Shown one piece after another: positions 52,008 through 61,384 of a stretch of 64,000 nt of DNA. Origin of the DNA: Candidatus Cloacimonadota bacterium (GTDB lineage Bacteria > Cloacimonadota > Cloacimonadia > G963667145); contig OY762940.1 of the NCBI GenBank assembly GCA_963667255.1, forward strand, positions 736,001-800,000. The letters run 5' to 3'. Made by a program: the position numbers and the translations under genes. Under the pieces are notes generated by a model. That model did no database searches. It was given only the letters and a program-made list of their open reading frames with translations, and was not told the origin of the DNA. Position 1 is the stretch's first letter. Every line of letters begins with the position of its first letter.

Positions 52008-52957
52008 AAGATTTTATTAAGCAAGAGCTAAAAAAAGAGGCTGATTCCATTTTGCAAGTTGCAGAGCGGATAGATGACAAAATCGAAAAAGTTATTGATG
52101 TTTTGTTCGCTTGCAAAGGGAAAGTCGTTTTGGTGGGAATAGGCAAGACTGGACACATCGCACGCAAGATTTCCGCTACTTTTGCCTCAACCGGCACTTC
52201 TTCCGTGTTTTTGCATGCAGCCGAGGGGTTGCACGGAGATTTGGGGATTGTGGACAAAAAAGATGTTGTAATTGCCATCTCTTACAGCGGGGGAAGTAGC
52301 GAGCTTTTGTCTGTGTTGCCGTATTTTAAGTTTATGGGTGTGCCGATTATCGCTTTTACGGGGAAACTGGATTCCGCCTTGGCAAAGGCGGCCGATTTTG
52401 TGGTTGATTGCGGAGTTGATGAGAGCACCGAGCAATTTGGGTTAGTCCCGACTGCTAGCACTACAGTTTGTTTGGCGATGGGCGATGCCATAGCTGTGGC
52501 TTTGCTCAAGAGGAAAAATTTTTCTGTGGATGATTTTGCCAAGTTTCACCCGGGAGGAACCATTGGAAAGAGGATTTTCCTCAAAGTGGAAGACTTGATG
52601 TGCAAAAATTCTCCAGTAGTTAGAGTTGGCACGGATTTGCAAGAGGCTGTTTTGACAATGAGTTCTGGCAAACTTGGATGTGTAGTTGTATTGGATAGCG
52701 ACGAAAATTTGGCAGGCATCTTTACGGATGGAGATTTGCGACGAGAATTACAGAGAAGAGATTTTAAGGATTGTTATCATCTAAAAATAGAAGACTTAAT
52801 GACCAGTGATTTCAGGAAATGCGAGCCGAATTGGTTGGCGGTGGATGCTTTGAGGCTGATGGAAAACAGCAAAATAATGATGTTACCCGTGGTGACAGGC
52901 GGAAAATTAAGAGGGATTTTGCATATGCACGCCCTTTTGGAGGCAGGAGTAGTATGA
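52004..52957 (+). CDS. kdsD: Arabinose-5-phosphate isomerase (KpsF/GutQ family, SIS + CBS)
   Basis: GIGKTGHIARK, EGLHGDLG, PTASTT...MGDA, FHPGG and FTDGDLRR; TTG 52004 overlaps the upstream stop. Confidence 0.93.
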   Translation: MKDFIKQELKKEADSILQVAERIDDKIEKVIDVLFACKGKVVLVGIGKTGHIARKISATFASTGTSSVFLHAAEGLHGDLGIVDKKDVVIAISYSGGSSELLSVLPYFKFMGVPIIAFTGKLDSALAKAADFVVDCGVDESTEQFGLVPTASTTVCLAMGDAIAVALLKRKNFSVDDFAKFHPGGTIGKRIFLKVEDLMCKNSPVVRVGTDLQEAVLTMSSGKLGCVVVLDSDENLAGIFTDGDLRRELQRRDFKDCYHLKIEDLMTSDFRKCEPNWLAVDALRLMENSKIMMLPVVTGGKLRGILHMHALLEAGVV

Positions 52958-55161
52958 GAAAATTAAAAATATTTTCAATAGTAGTTACTATATTTTTATT
53001 TGCTTGCGATGTCAATTTCAGCGACCTCGGAGTCCCGAATAACACAGCTTCTTATACACTCAAGATTGTTGATGAGCAATACGATATTGCTACGGAGATG
53101 CTGAAGTATGCGAATGGAATATCCAAAAACGATTCGGGGGCACTTTGCATAGATACGACCATCGTTTACAGCAAAACCAGTGGTATTGCTTTTAATAAGA
53201 CCTCTTTTGGTTCTGTGACTCTCTGGAGAAAACCTCCATACTATCTCACAGGCATTGCTGCTAAGAGTTTTAGTTTTTCTCCCAATGAGCTTTCCGGTAA
53301 TTTTTCTACACTTCCTACAACAGGTTCGGGGACATTCTCTTTTGGTGCTTTTACCTTTTCTCAAAGCAAAAATAATAATACAAATTCTTGGAATCCTTAT
53401 ACTGAGTTTAAATATGCCATTGTAACAGATGCTAAATTAACGGTTACTGCTACCAATAATTTAGGATTCAAGGTAACCGGCTTAAAGGTAACTGTTAGTG
53501 ACTCTTCCGGCACTGCTTTAAAAACTTTTTCTCTTGATAGTGTCTCCAATGGTTCTTCTGCTTCTGCTTCAGAAACTATTTCTTCTTTGACATATACTCA
53601 ATTTATCAATGTCAAGGTGGAAGGCTCGGTCGGTGAATATAATAAATTGCTAGTGACCACCAGCAACAAACTGACAGTGGATATTTCGTTTGCTACATTG
53701 ACCGATGCGACAACTGGGAAGGCGTATCAAATAAAATCCAGCGATTATTATGGTCCTCCCCAGGCTGATACTGTTATAGCTAATTGGAAACAAGTTCTTA
53801 CCATTGATAAAGATAAGGATGGCAGTAGCGATTTTGATATTTACAATTTTAATTCTACTCCTAGTATTATAAATAATCTTAAGATAGGTTTTGTAACTTA
53901 TTGTAGTGACAATGTATATTCGTCTTTTGCTTTTCCCGAGATTCATACTTCGTCCACAAGGAATGATACGCTAACCAGCAGTTATCAAATTTCTAAGATA
54001 ACAGGAAGTAGCAGTAGTGCTACTTATAGCAACTCTCTTCCGCTTGCAGGCAGATATTTTGGTGATACCTATTCTGCAAATGCCAATTTATTTGATACAG
54101 TTAATGTTAACGCTACATTTATTTTTCCACAATCGAGCGAATTTGTTCGTGTTTTAGACCAAAAAATTGTTGTTAGTCTCACTTTGGATAGTTTGGCTGC
54201 CGAGCAGATGATTTGTAAAGTCAAAGAAGATGTTGTCTATGGAGGGATTAGCGGGACTATTCCTGTGAGTCTTAGTCGCTTTTATGTAACTGATAGAAAT
54301 GGAAACGAAGTTTCGGAGATTAATTTATTGGATTCTTCCACAATCTCTTACTCTATGAATAGAATTATTAAAACTCAAAACAGTAATACTGTTAACAATT
54401 TTATCCGATTAAAAACAACTATGAGTAGTAGCAGAAATTCAAATAGTCGCACATATAATGACAGTGCATCATTTGGGATTACACCGTCTTTGTTGATAAA
54501 TTATGCAGGCTCTTTGCCAAACGATAATCTATTTTTAAATTTGCTGAAAATTTTGCCTGAAAATTTTTCTTATTCAGTTAGTCCGACTCTAAAGGCTTCT
54601 GATACCGTTATTGTTATAAATGCTTCTACTAATTTAGCGGTAAATCTTGCAATCAAAGCTCCAATTAGGTTTACTACAAGTGGCGATACGCTCATTTTTG
54701 TATTACGCAATGATTACGGAAATGGATTTAGAGGAATGTATAAACAATTTACTTCAGCACAATTGAACAATAGTGTTTATAAAAATTATATTAGTGGTAA
54801 TTTGGTTTTGAATTATAAAAATACATCTAATATGACACTTGGAGCAAAAATTATTATTTCCACGGATTCCAGTGTGTTATACAACAATAATATTTTGACT
54901 ACGGCAAATACTACTACAGTTGGCAACAGCGGATATCCTTCATATATAGCTCGTGTAATTAGTCTTGGCAATCTTTCACCCAATACTCCTTCTGGGACAG
55001 TTTCCGCCAGTTTGAGCAAAAATGATTTGGTTCCATTTTTGAAAGATACCTGTTATGTAGGAGTAAAAATACCTATTAATAGTTCTTCTGCCAGTTTTTC
55101 CGGTGAGTTGGACTTGGTTGGCAAAATTGAATTTGATTATAATAATTTTGGAGACCTTTAG
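52954..55161 (+). CDS. Large Ser/Thr/Asn-rich lipoprotein, paralog 2
   Basis: ATG 52954 overlaps the kdsD stop; MRKLK + hydrophobic core + lipobox LFA-C. Confidence 0.7.
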   Translation: MRKLKIFSIVVTIFLFACDVNFSDLGVPNNTASYTLKIVDEQYDIATEMLKYANGISKNDSGALCIDTTIVYSKTSGIAFNKTSFGSVTLWRKPPYYLTGIAAKSFSFSPNELSGNFSTLPTTGSGTFSFGAFTFSQSKNNNTNSWNPYTEFKYAIVTDAKLTVTATNNLGFKVTGLKVTVSDSSGTALKTFSLDSVSNGSSASASETISSLTYTQFINVKVEGSVGEYNKLLVTTSNKLTVDISFATLTDATTGKAYQIKSSDYYGPPQADTVIANWKQVLTIDKDKDGSSDFDIYNFNSTPSIINNLKIGFVTYCSDNVYSSFAFPEIHTSSTRNDTLTSSYQISKITGSSSSATYSNSLPLAGRYFGDTYSANANLFDTVNVNATFIFPQSSEFVRVLDQKIVVSLTLDSLAAEQMICKVKEDVVYGGISGTIPVSLSRFYVTDRNGNEVSEINLLDSSTISYSMNRIIKTQNSNTVNNFIRLKTTMSSSRNSNSRTYNDSASFGITPSLLINYAGSLPNDNLFLNLLKILPENFSYSVSPTLKASDTVIVINASTNLAVNLAIKAPIRFTTSGDTLIFVLRNDYGNGFRGMYKQFTSAQLNNSVYKNYISGNLVLNYKNTSNMTLGAKIIISTDSSVLYNNNILTTANTTTVGNSGYPSYIARVISLGNLSPNTPSGTVSASLSKNDLVPFLKDTCYVGVKIPINSSSASFSGELDLVGKIEFDYNNFGDL

Positions 55162-55163
55162 CG

Positions 55164-56372
55164 GTGAATTCTAAAAGATATTTTTTCTTTTTTTGTTTTC
55201 TATTTATAATTTCAAATTTATCTGCGACTTTGTTGTTCTTCCCTGAAAATCAAGCTAATTATGCTGAAAGGGAGTATTCGGAGGTTAGATTTCCCGGACT
55301 AACTTTTAACCTTGGCTATGAAAATTCAGCTTTCGATTACGATGGATTTGTAAGAATCTTGAAAATGTGCAAAAACGATTACACCTTGACTCAGAGCGAT
55401 AAAGATTTTTTGAAAAAAAACGATTTCAGCATTAAATCTTATAACTCTATTAATGTCTTAAATTTTGGCAGATGGAACTGGAATTTTCGCTCCGATATTT
55501 TAGCTTACGGGAATTTATCAAACATGAGTTCCGAATTTTTGATTTTTATGCTTGAGGGAAATAGGGACTCTACTTCTATGGAAAGATTGAAAAATCTAAA
55601 TCCCGGAAGTGGTTCAGAATCAACTATTTTTATGAAAAGCACTTTTACATATTCTAAACAAGAGCCAATTTACATCGATAATCTATTTGACTTTGATTTT
55701 CTGGATTTTGCCTTTTCTGTTGGTTTTAATGTCAATGTCTATAATCCAATTCAATATGCTAGATTAGAAACGGAAAAATTTGCAATTACTGATTCCAGTG
55801 TTGATATCTCTTTCACCAAATACTATTCTGATGGTGATGAATTTTTTACGGGATTTGGTCTTGGGTTGGGAGTGGGTTTCAAGATGGATATTGAGGATGG
55901 ATGGCTTTATTTTTCTGTTGATGACCTCTTTGGGTCTATGAGTTATCAAAAAGTTGTGGAGCAAGGTGTAAGAATAAATCAAAAAACTACAAGTAGTATT
56001 GATATAGATAGTTTTGTTAACAATGGAGATAAGGTTTATAATTACGATTATACCATTAAATTTGACCCTACTGTCGTTTTTGGTATAGAAAGATATTTGA
56101 CAAGTGACTTTAGTGTTATGGTTAAATTGAAAAGTTGTGATTATGAACTTGATGACGGAGTTTCCGTAGGATTTAACTATATGCCGAGCAAGCATTGGCC
56201 TATGCAGTTTGTGTTGGGCAATGGTATAGAGAAAGAGATGTTTTACAAGGTAAAGGCAGGGATGATTTTCAGTCGTTTTGAGGCTGATATTTCTTTATAT
56301 TTGTTTGATGGATTTTTTACTTCCGCCAAGGGATATGGCATAGAAGCGGATTTGTTTAAGATTAAATTTTAA
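55164..56372 (+). CDS. Putative outer-membrane beta-barrel protein (DUF5723-like), paralog C
   Basis: Signal peptide, LEGN, GFGLGLG, FSVDDLF and C-terminal AKGYGIEADLFKIKF. Confidence 0.6.
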   Translation: MNSKRYFFFFCFLFIISNLSATLLFFPENQANYAEREYSEVRFPGLTFNLGYENSAFDYDGFVRILKMCKNDYTLTQSDKDFLKKNDFSIKSYNSINVLNFGRWNWNFRSDILAYGNLSNMSSEFLIFMLEGNRDSTSMERLKNLNPGSGSESTIFMKSTFTYSKQEPIYIDNLFDFDFLDFAFSVGFNVNVYNPIQYARLETEKFAITDSSVDISFTKYYSDGDEFFTGFGLGLGVGFKMDIEDGWLYFSVDDLFGSMSYQKVVEQGVRINQKTTSSIDIDSFVNNGDKVYNYDYTIKFDPTVVFGIERYLTSDFSVMVKLKSCDYELDDGVSVGFNYMPSKHWPMQFVLGNGIEKEMFYKVKAGMIFSRFEADISLYLFDGFFTSAKGYGIEADLFKIKF

Positions 56373-56382
56373 GAGATAGTAA

Positions 56383-56964
56383 ATGGATAATGTTTTAAAA
56401 TCGTATAAAGACAGTTTAGGATTTTTGCAAAATTTTATAGAGGATGAGAGGAATTTGCAGAAGACCAAACTTGTTGCGGAGAGCTTGGCAAAAACTTTGT
56501 CTTTAGGTGGCAAAGCTATCTCTTGTGGCAACGGTGGAAGTATGTGTGATGCTATGCATTTTGCCGAAGAGTTTACCGGTAGATTTCACAAAGACCGTCT
56601 TGCTTTACCGGCGATAGCTCTTTCCGACCCGTCTTATCTCACTTGTGTCGGCAACGATTACGGGTTCGAGCAGATTTTTGCCAGAGGAGTAGCTGCTTAC
56701 GGACAAAAAGGTGATGTCTTAATAGCGATTTCCACCAGTGGCAATTCCGCAAATGTTCTGGAAGCGGTGAAGGAAGCCAAAAAGAGAGAGATTTATTGCG
56801 TAGGATTTTTGGGCAAAGACGGTGGCAAACTTTTGCAAGAGTGCGATGAATATTTTCTTGTTCCCGCATCAACTTCCGATAGAGTGCAGGAAGTTCACAT
56901 GATAATTTTGCACATAATCATCCAAGAAGTGGAGAGAATTTTATTTCCTCAAAATTATGTTTAA
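56383..56964 (+). CDS. gmhA: D-sedoheptulose 7-phosphate isomerase
   Basis: CGNGGSMCDAMHFAEE, NDYG, ISTSGNS.N and DRVQEVH. Confidence 0.95.
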   Translation: MDNVLKSYKDSLGFLQNFIEDERNLQKTKLVAESLAKTLSLGGKAISCGNGGSMCDAMHFAEEFTGRFHKDRLALPAIALSDPSYLTCVGNDYGFEQIFARGVAAYGQKGDVLIAISTSGNSANVLEAVKEAKKREIYCVGFLGKDGGKLLQECDEYFLVPASTSDRVQEVHMIILHIIIQEVERILFPQNYV

Positions 56965-58069
56965 TACGGTCAAGGGGCAGAAAAGAGCCAATCTCATATT
57001 AGACAATGTGTTATCCACCGGCAGAGCGAAGGGGAGTTACCTATTTTACGGTCCATCAGGAGTGGGTAAATTTAGCAAGGCTTTGGAATTTGCGATGTCT
57101 CTCAATTGCACTTCCGACGGTAATAAACCTTGTAGGCAATGCAACTCGTGCAAGAAATTTTTGGCTCTGTCACATCCTGATTTAGTCTATGTTTTCCCGA
57201 CTCCCAATCTCAAACTTCAGCCTGACGGTTTCGTAAAAGAGAGCAAGTTTTTAAAAGAGTATGAAGCTTATCTGAAAAACAAAATTGAATCTCCGTATAA
57301 GCCGTTCTTTTTCTCAGTCGGGACTCAGATTAGGATAGATGCCGTTCATATGCTTTCTCATCGACTGAGTATGAGCATCAGCGAGGGCAAATACAAGGTT
57401 TGCATCATAGAGGATGTTCATTTGATGAACCAGAATGCAGCGAACGCTTTCTTGAAAATATTGGAAGAGCCACCTGAAAATTGCGTTATCATTTTGCTTA
57501 CCGAACAAAAAGAAAGCCTTTTGCCCACGATAATTTCTCGTTGCAAAGGTGTGCCTTTTGTCAAACTGTCGTGGAAAATCATAGCTGAGATTCTTGAGAA
57601 AAATTATGTTTCAGAAATTTCGGAAGCGGAACTGTATGCGAAAATCGCTGACGGAGATATAGCCAAAGCGATAAGGTTGGCAAAGGGTTATGGACTGGAA
57701 CGGAGAGAGGAAGCCAAAGAGCTACTACTGGCAATGGCAAACAGGGACGACATCTCCGTGAGTCAGCTGGCGACCAATCTGGGCAAGGTTTCCGTGAAAA
57801 ACGAAGTGCAGGTTGTTTTGCATTATCTGTCCTCTTTTTTTATGGATATCTATAAACTTGGCAACGGATTGCCGACTATTACCAACCTTGATTATCGGGA
57901 AATTCTGGAGAACATCGCTCTCAAGAACGCTGGTTTTAACCAATATTTACCTCCTTTGGTGCAAGAGATAGATGCTATGGTGAAAATAAATAATTTGAAT
58001 TTTAGCATTTTGATAATGGCTCTTTATTCGCAATTTTGTGGAAATAGAATTAGTTACGAAGGGGTATAG
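56957..58069 (+). CDS. holB: DNA polymerase III subunit delta'
   Basis: GPSGVGK, C...PCRQCNSC, HPD, NAANAFLKILEEPP and LPTIISRC. Confidence 0.9.
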   Translation: MFNTVKGQKRANLILDNVLSTGRAKGSYLFYGPSGVGKFSKALEFAMSLNCTSDGNKPCRQCNSCKKFLALSHPDLVYVFPTPNLKLQPDGFVKESKFLKEYEAYLKNKIESPYKPFFFSVGTQIRIDAVHMLSHRLSMSISEGKYKVCIIEDVHLMNQNAANAFLKILEEPPENCVIILLTEQKESLLPTIISRCKGVPFVKLSWKIIAEILEKNYVSEISEAELYAKIADGDIAKAIRLAKGYGLERREEAKELLLAMANRDDISVSQLATNLGKVSVKNEVQVVLHYLSSFFMDIYKLGNGLPTITNLDYREILENIALKNAGFNQYLPPLVQEIDAMVKINNLNFSILIMALYSQFCGNRISYEGV

Positions 58070-58154
58070 AAAAAAAGTTGTGAAATAGCAAAAAGAACTT
58101 GACCATAAATCCTTGGTTTTTTTTGTGGGTGTACTTGGATAATGGTTTACAGTT

Positions 58155-58232
58155 CGGGGTGTAGCGCAGTCCGGTTAGCGCACTGGTTTTGGGAACCAGG
58201 GGTCGAAGGTTCAAATCCTTCTACCCCGACCA
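58155..58232 (+). tRNA. tRNA-Pro(TGG)
   Basis: Cloverleaf, anticodon arm CTGGT-TT-TGG-GA-ACCAG, encoded CCA. Confidence 0.96.
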
Positions 58233-58240
58233 TTTATAGA

Positions 58241-58316
58241 GGGTGTTTAGCTCAGTTGGGAGAGCACCTGCCTTACAAGCAGGCTGTCGGGGGTTCAAGT
58301 CCCTCAACACCCACCA
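58241..58316 (+). tRNA. tRNA-Val(TAC)
   Basis: Cloverleaf, anticodon arm CCTGC-CT-TAC-AA-GCAGG, encoded CCA. Confidence 0.96.
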
Positions 58317-58334
58317 TTTTTTTTAGATTTTCCC

Positions 58335-58411
58335 GGGGGCGTAGTTCAGTCGGTTAGAACGTCTGCCTGTCACGCAGAAGGTCGCGAGTTCGAGTCCCGT
58401 CGCTCCCGCCA
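58335..58411 (+). tRNA. tRNA-Asp(GTC)
   Basis: Cloverleaf, anticodon arm TCTGC-CT-GTC-AC-GCAGA, encoded CCA. Confidence 0.95.
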
Positions 58412-58415
58412 TTTT

Positions 58416-58451
58416 GGCTACTCAGCTTTTGTTGAGTAGCTTTTGTTTTTT
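58416..58451 (+). terminator. Rho-independent terminator of the tRNA operon
   Basis: GCTACTCAGC-TTTT-GTTGAGTAGC followed by a T-run. Confidence 0.85.
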
Positions 58452-58466
58452 AGGAGACAAACATTT

Positions 58467-58925
58467 ATGAAAGAAAGATTCAGGTTCAATCCCTTTTTGA
58501 GATTTTTTACTTTATTCATCGGACTCGTTGCCATTTCATATTGTGTCTATATTATTATCGTAGTCAATCCCGCATCCGCAAATCTCAGTAAGATGAAGAT
58601 GATTTTGCCTTATTTGGTGATAGTGTTGGCTCTCAATTCTGTTTTCCGCAACTTCTTTACCCTCAATTCAATCTCTCTCGATGACACTGTCATCGTTTTT
58701 AACAAGTTGGCTTTTGGCTCTTGTCGGATTGAGATTTCGGATATTAAGCAAATCAAATTTATGGATAAGAGAATGCGATTATTGCAATTAACCTACTCGA
58801 GTGGGGACAAGCTACAGAAGTATTCTTTCAATTTAGGATTTCCCGCAGTTTTGACTGCGCTTACCAAGTTAAAAGAGAAAAATCCCGAAATTGAGTTCGT
58901 GGGCGATTTGGACAAAATGGTGTAA
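58467..58925 (+). CDS. Hypothetical membrane protein (2 TM + soluble PH-like tail)
   Basis: AGGAG SD, ATG 58467 and two hydrophobic segments. Confidence 0.6.
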   Translation: MKERFRFNPFLRFFTLFIGLVAISYCVYIIIVVNPASANLSKMKMILPYLVIVLALNSVFRNFFTLNSISLDDTVIVFNKLAFGSCRIEISDIKQIKFMDKRMRLLQLTYSSGDKLQKYSFNLGFPAVLTALTKLKEKNPEIEFVGDLDKMV

Positions 58926-58927
58926 TA

Positions 58928-59689
58928 ATGGTCACAAAAGCTATAATCGGCGGAACTGGTGTCTATGAAGGTGGCGGAAATTTTGAAGAGGTCAAAGTTA
59001 GCACAGGGTATGGCGAAGTTGCGGTAACTATTGGAGAGTTTTCCGGGGAGAAGATAGCTTTTCTGGCACGGCATGGCAGTGGTCACAGTGTGCCACCTCA
59101 CAAGATAAACTATTTGGCTAATATGAAAGCGTTGTCGGAGCTGGGAGTGAAGTTTGTTTACACCACTGCGGCTGTCGGTTCTTGTTCGTCTGATTTTCAA
59201 GTTGGCGATTTGGTGATGATTAGCGATTTCATCGATTTTACTTCGGGTAGAGTCAGCACCTATTATGAGAATGGGGAACAGGTCGCTCATGTGAAGATGG
59301 ATACTCCCTATTGTCCGTATTTGCAGAAAAAGTTTTTAGAGAATGCGGATTCTTTGCAAATAAAGGGGAATGCGATTTACGGTTGCACGCAAGGACCGCG
59401 ATTTGAGACGGCAGCGGAGATTAGAGCGTTCGCTCATTTGGGTGCTACTGTGATAGGGATGACGAGCGTTCCCGAGGTTTGTCTTGCCAAGGAGTTGGGG
59501 ATGTGCTACGCTACAATCGGCGTGATAACAAATATGTGCACCGGTTTCAGCTCGGAGATTACCACGCATGACATCGCTACGAGTATGCACAAAAACAAAG
59601 CTAAACTCATCGAGGTTTTCTTAAAAGTGTTCTCTGCCGACCTCACGCAAAATGAGTGCAGTTGCAAAGATTCTCTGTTGTTTCTGTAA
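58928..59689 (+). CDS. mtnP: S-methyl-5'-thioadenosine/thioinosine phosphorylase (MTAP family)
   Basis: IIGGTG, RHG.GH..PPH.INY.AN, GPRFETAAE and GMTSVPE. Confidence 0.9.
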   Translation: MVTKAIIGGTGVYEGGGNFEEVKVSTGYGEVAVTIGEFSGEKIAFLARHGSGHSVPPHKINYLANMKALSELGVKFVYTTAAVGSCSSDFQVGDLVMISDFIDFTSGRVSTYYENGEQVAHVKMDTPYCPYLQKKFLENADSLQIKGNAIYGCTQGPRFETAAEIRAFAHLGATVIGMTSVPEVCLAKELGMCYATIGVITNMCTGFSSEITTHDIATSMHKNKAKLIEVFLKVFSADLTQNECSCKDSLLFL

Positions 59690-60142
59690 ATGATAAAAAT
59701 TTTCTGGATTGGCAAAACGAAGAACAAAGATGTTGGCAATTTGCTTGACTACTATCTGAAACTTTCGTCCAAATTTCAGCCTGTGAAAGTTTGTGATTTG
59801 CCTAAGGTCAGAAAAAATTTGCCCAAAGATGAGATAAAAAAGTTGGAAGGCGAAACGATTTTGGCAAAATTTGAGCCAGATGCTGTAAATATTTTGTTGG
59901 ATGAAAATGGCGAGCAACAAACTTCGGTTCAGTTTTCCAAATTTTTACAAACAAATTCCAACCGTAACATCAATTTTTTCATCGGAGGAGCGTTTGGTTT
60001 CTCCGAAAATATCAAGCAAAAAGCCGACTTGCTACTTAGTTTTTCCAATTTCACTTTTACTCACGATATGATTAGAGCCTTGTTGTGCGAGCAGATTTAT
60101 CGGGCGTTCACGATTTCAGCAGGAAAGGAGTATCACTATTAA
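59690..60142 (+). CDS. rlmH: 23S rRNA (pseudouridine1915-N3)-methyltransferase
   Basis: IGKTK, LDENG, FFIGGAFG, TFTHDM.R..L.EQIYRA and YH. Confidence 0.93.
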   Translation: MIKIFWIGKTKNKDVGNLLDYYLKLSSKFQPVKVCDLPKVRKNLPKDEIKKLEGETILAKFEPDAVNILLDENGEQQTSVQFSKFLQTNSNRNINFFIGGAFGFSENIKQKADLLLSFSNFTFTHDMIRALLCEQIYRAFTISAGKEYHY

Positions 60143-60143
60143 A

Positions 60144-61169
60144 ATGCATATATTCGATTTTAAATCCGAAAAGGAGTTTGCCGATTTTATCACTTCTTTC
60201 GGGTTTCCCAAGTTTCGAGCGAAACAGGTTTTCGATTGGGTTTATGATAAATTTGTTTTGGATTTGGACAAGATGAAAAATCTTCCCAAAGATTTGTGTG
60301 AATTTCTTGAAAACAATGTGAATTGGGAATTGCCAAGATGTGTGAAGGAGTCTGTTGCCACAGATAAAACGAGCAAGGTTTTGTTTGATTATGGCAACGG
60401 GAATTTTATTGAGAGCGTTTTAATCCCCTCTGATAGCAGGATGACTTTGTGTGTTTCCACTCAAGTTGGATGCAAGATGGGCTGTCTTTTTTGTGCGACA
60501 GGCAAGATGGGATTTGTTCGCAATCTCTTTTCTTGGGAGATAATTGCTCAGATTTTTTGGGCAGCCGAGTTTTGCAAAGCCAACGGAAAGAGGCTCAGCA
60601 ATTTGGTTTATATGGGTATGGGCGAACCTCTGGACAACTACGAATCTGTGTTGCAAAGTGTGCGAAGTGCCAAAGATTTTTTCGGACTTGGAGCGAAGAG
60701 AGTTGTGATTTCCACTTGTGGTTTGCCACGGGGGATTGAGCAATTGTCCGTTGATGAGCCGAATTTGAAGTTGGCAGTCTCGTTGCACAGTGCGGTGGAG
60801 ATTGTGCGAAATCAGTTGATGCCGATTTCCAAAAGTCATTCTTTGGCGGAATTAAAAAACTCTTTGCTCAATTTTTCCAAGAAGTCGCCTTTCAAAATCA
60901 CATTTGAATACATTTTGCTTCCGGAAATCAATATGGACAGGAAGTCCGTCAAGGCACTGTTTTCTTACCTTGGCGATTTGCCGGCGAAGGTAAATTTCAT
61001 TCCTTACAATAGCGTTGAGGGTGTTGGTTTTGCCAGTCCGACGAAACGAGAGATAGAGAGTTTTTGTCGATATTTTGAGCATGCTCCTTTTCCATATACC
61101 ATTCGCAATTCGATGGGAAACAAGGTGCAGGCAGCTTGTGGGCAACTTGCCGGCAAGAGAAATAAGTAG
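60144..61169 (+). CDS. rlmN: 23S rRNA (adenine2503-C2)-methyltransferase (radical SAM)
   Basis: CVSTQVGCKMGCLFCATG, MGMGEP, SLH and AACGQL. Confidence 0.95.
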   Translation: MHIFDFKSEKEFADFITSFGFPKFRAKQVFDWVYDKFVLDLDKMKNLPKDLCEFLENNVNWELPRCVKESVATDKTSKVLFDYGNGNFIESVLIPSDSRMTLCVSTQVGCKMGCLFCATGKMGFVRNLFSWEIIAQIFWAAEFCKANGKRLSNLVYMGMGEPLDNYESVLQSVRSAKDFFGLGAKRVVISTCGLPRGIEQLSVDEPNLKLAVSLHSAVEIVRNQLMPISKSHSLAELKNSLLNFSKKSPFKITFEYILLPEINMDRKSVKALFSYLGDLPAKVNFIPYNSVEGVGFASPTKREIESFCRYFEHAPFPYTIRNSMGNKVQAACGQLAGKRNK

Positions 61170-61184
61170 CTTACCCACAAAACA

Positions 61185-61227
61185 AAAAGACACCTAATCC
61201 CGTGAATCAGATGTCTTTTCAAAAAAA
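61185..61227. terminator. Bidirectional terminator between rlmN and tRNA-Asn
   Basis: AAAAGACA.CT ... AG.TGTCTTTT stem flanked by A and T runs. Confidence 0.6.
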
Positions 61228-61302
61228 TGGCTCTGGAAGAGGGATTCGAACCCCCGACCTAGTGGTTAACAGCCACCCGCTCTACCGCTGAGCTATTCCA
61301 GA
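61228..61302 (-). tRNA. tRNA-Asn(GTT)
   Basis: The minus strand reads TCTGGAATAGCTCAGCGGTAGAGCGGGTGGCT-GTT-AACCAC...TTCCAGAGCCA. Confidence 0.95.
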
Positions 61303-61384
61303 ACGAATGGATACATACAAAATTTAGGCGTTTTGGTGTCAACAAATTTTTGATGTTACTTTTTTTTGAGAAGAGAAGAAAGAA

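Noticed and set aside
58142..58357. 71-aa ORF
   Set aside because: It overlies three tRNA genes and is a shadow ORF.
58335..58411. tmRNA 5' end (GGGGGCG)
   Set aside because: The sequence closes as a normal 77-nt tRNA-Asp cloverleaf.
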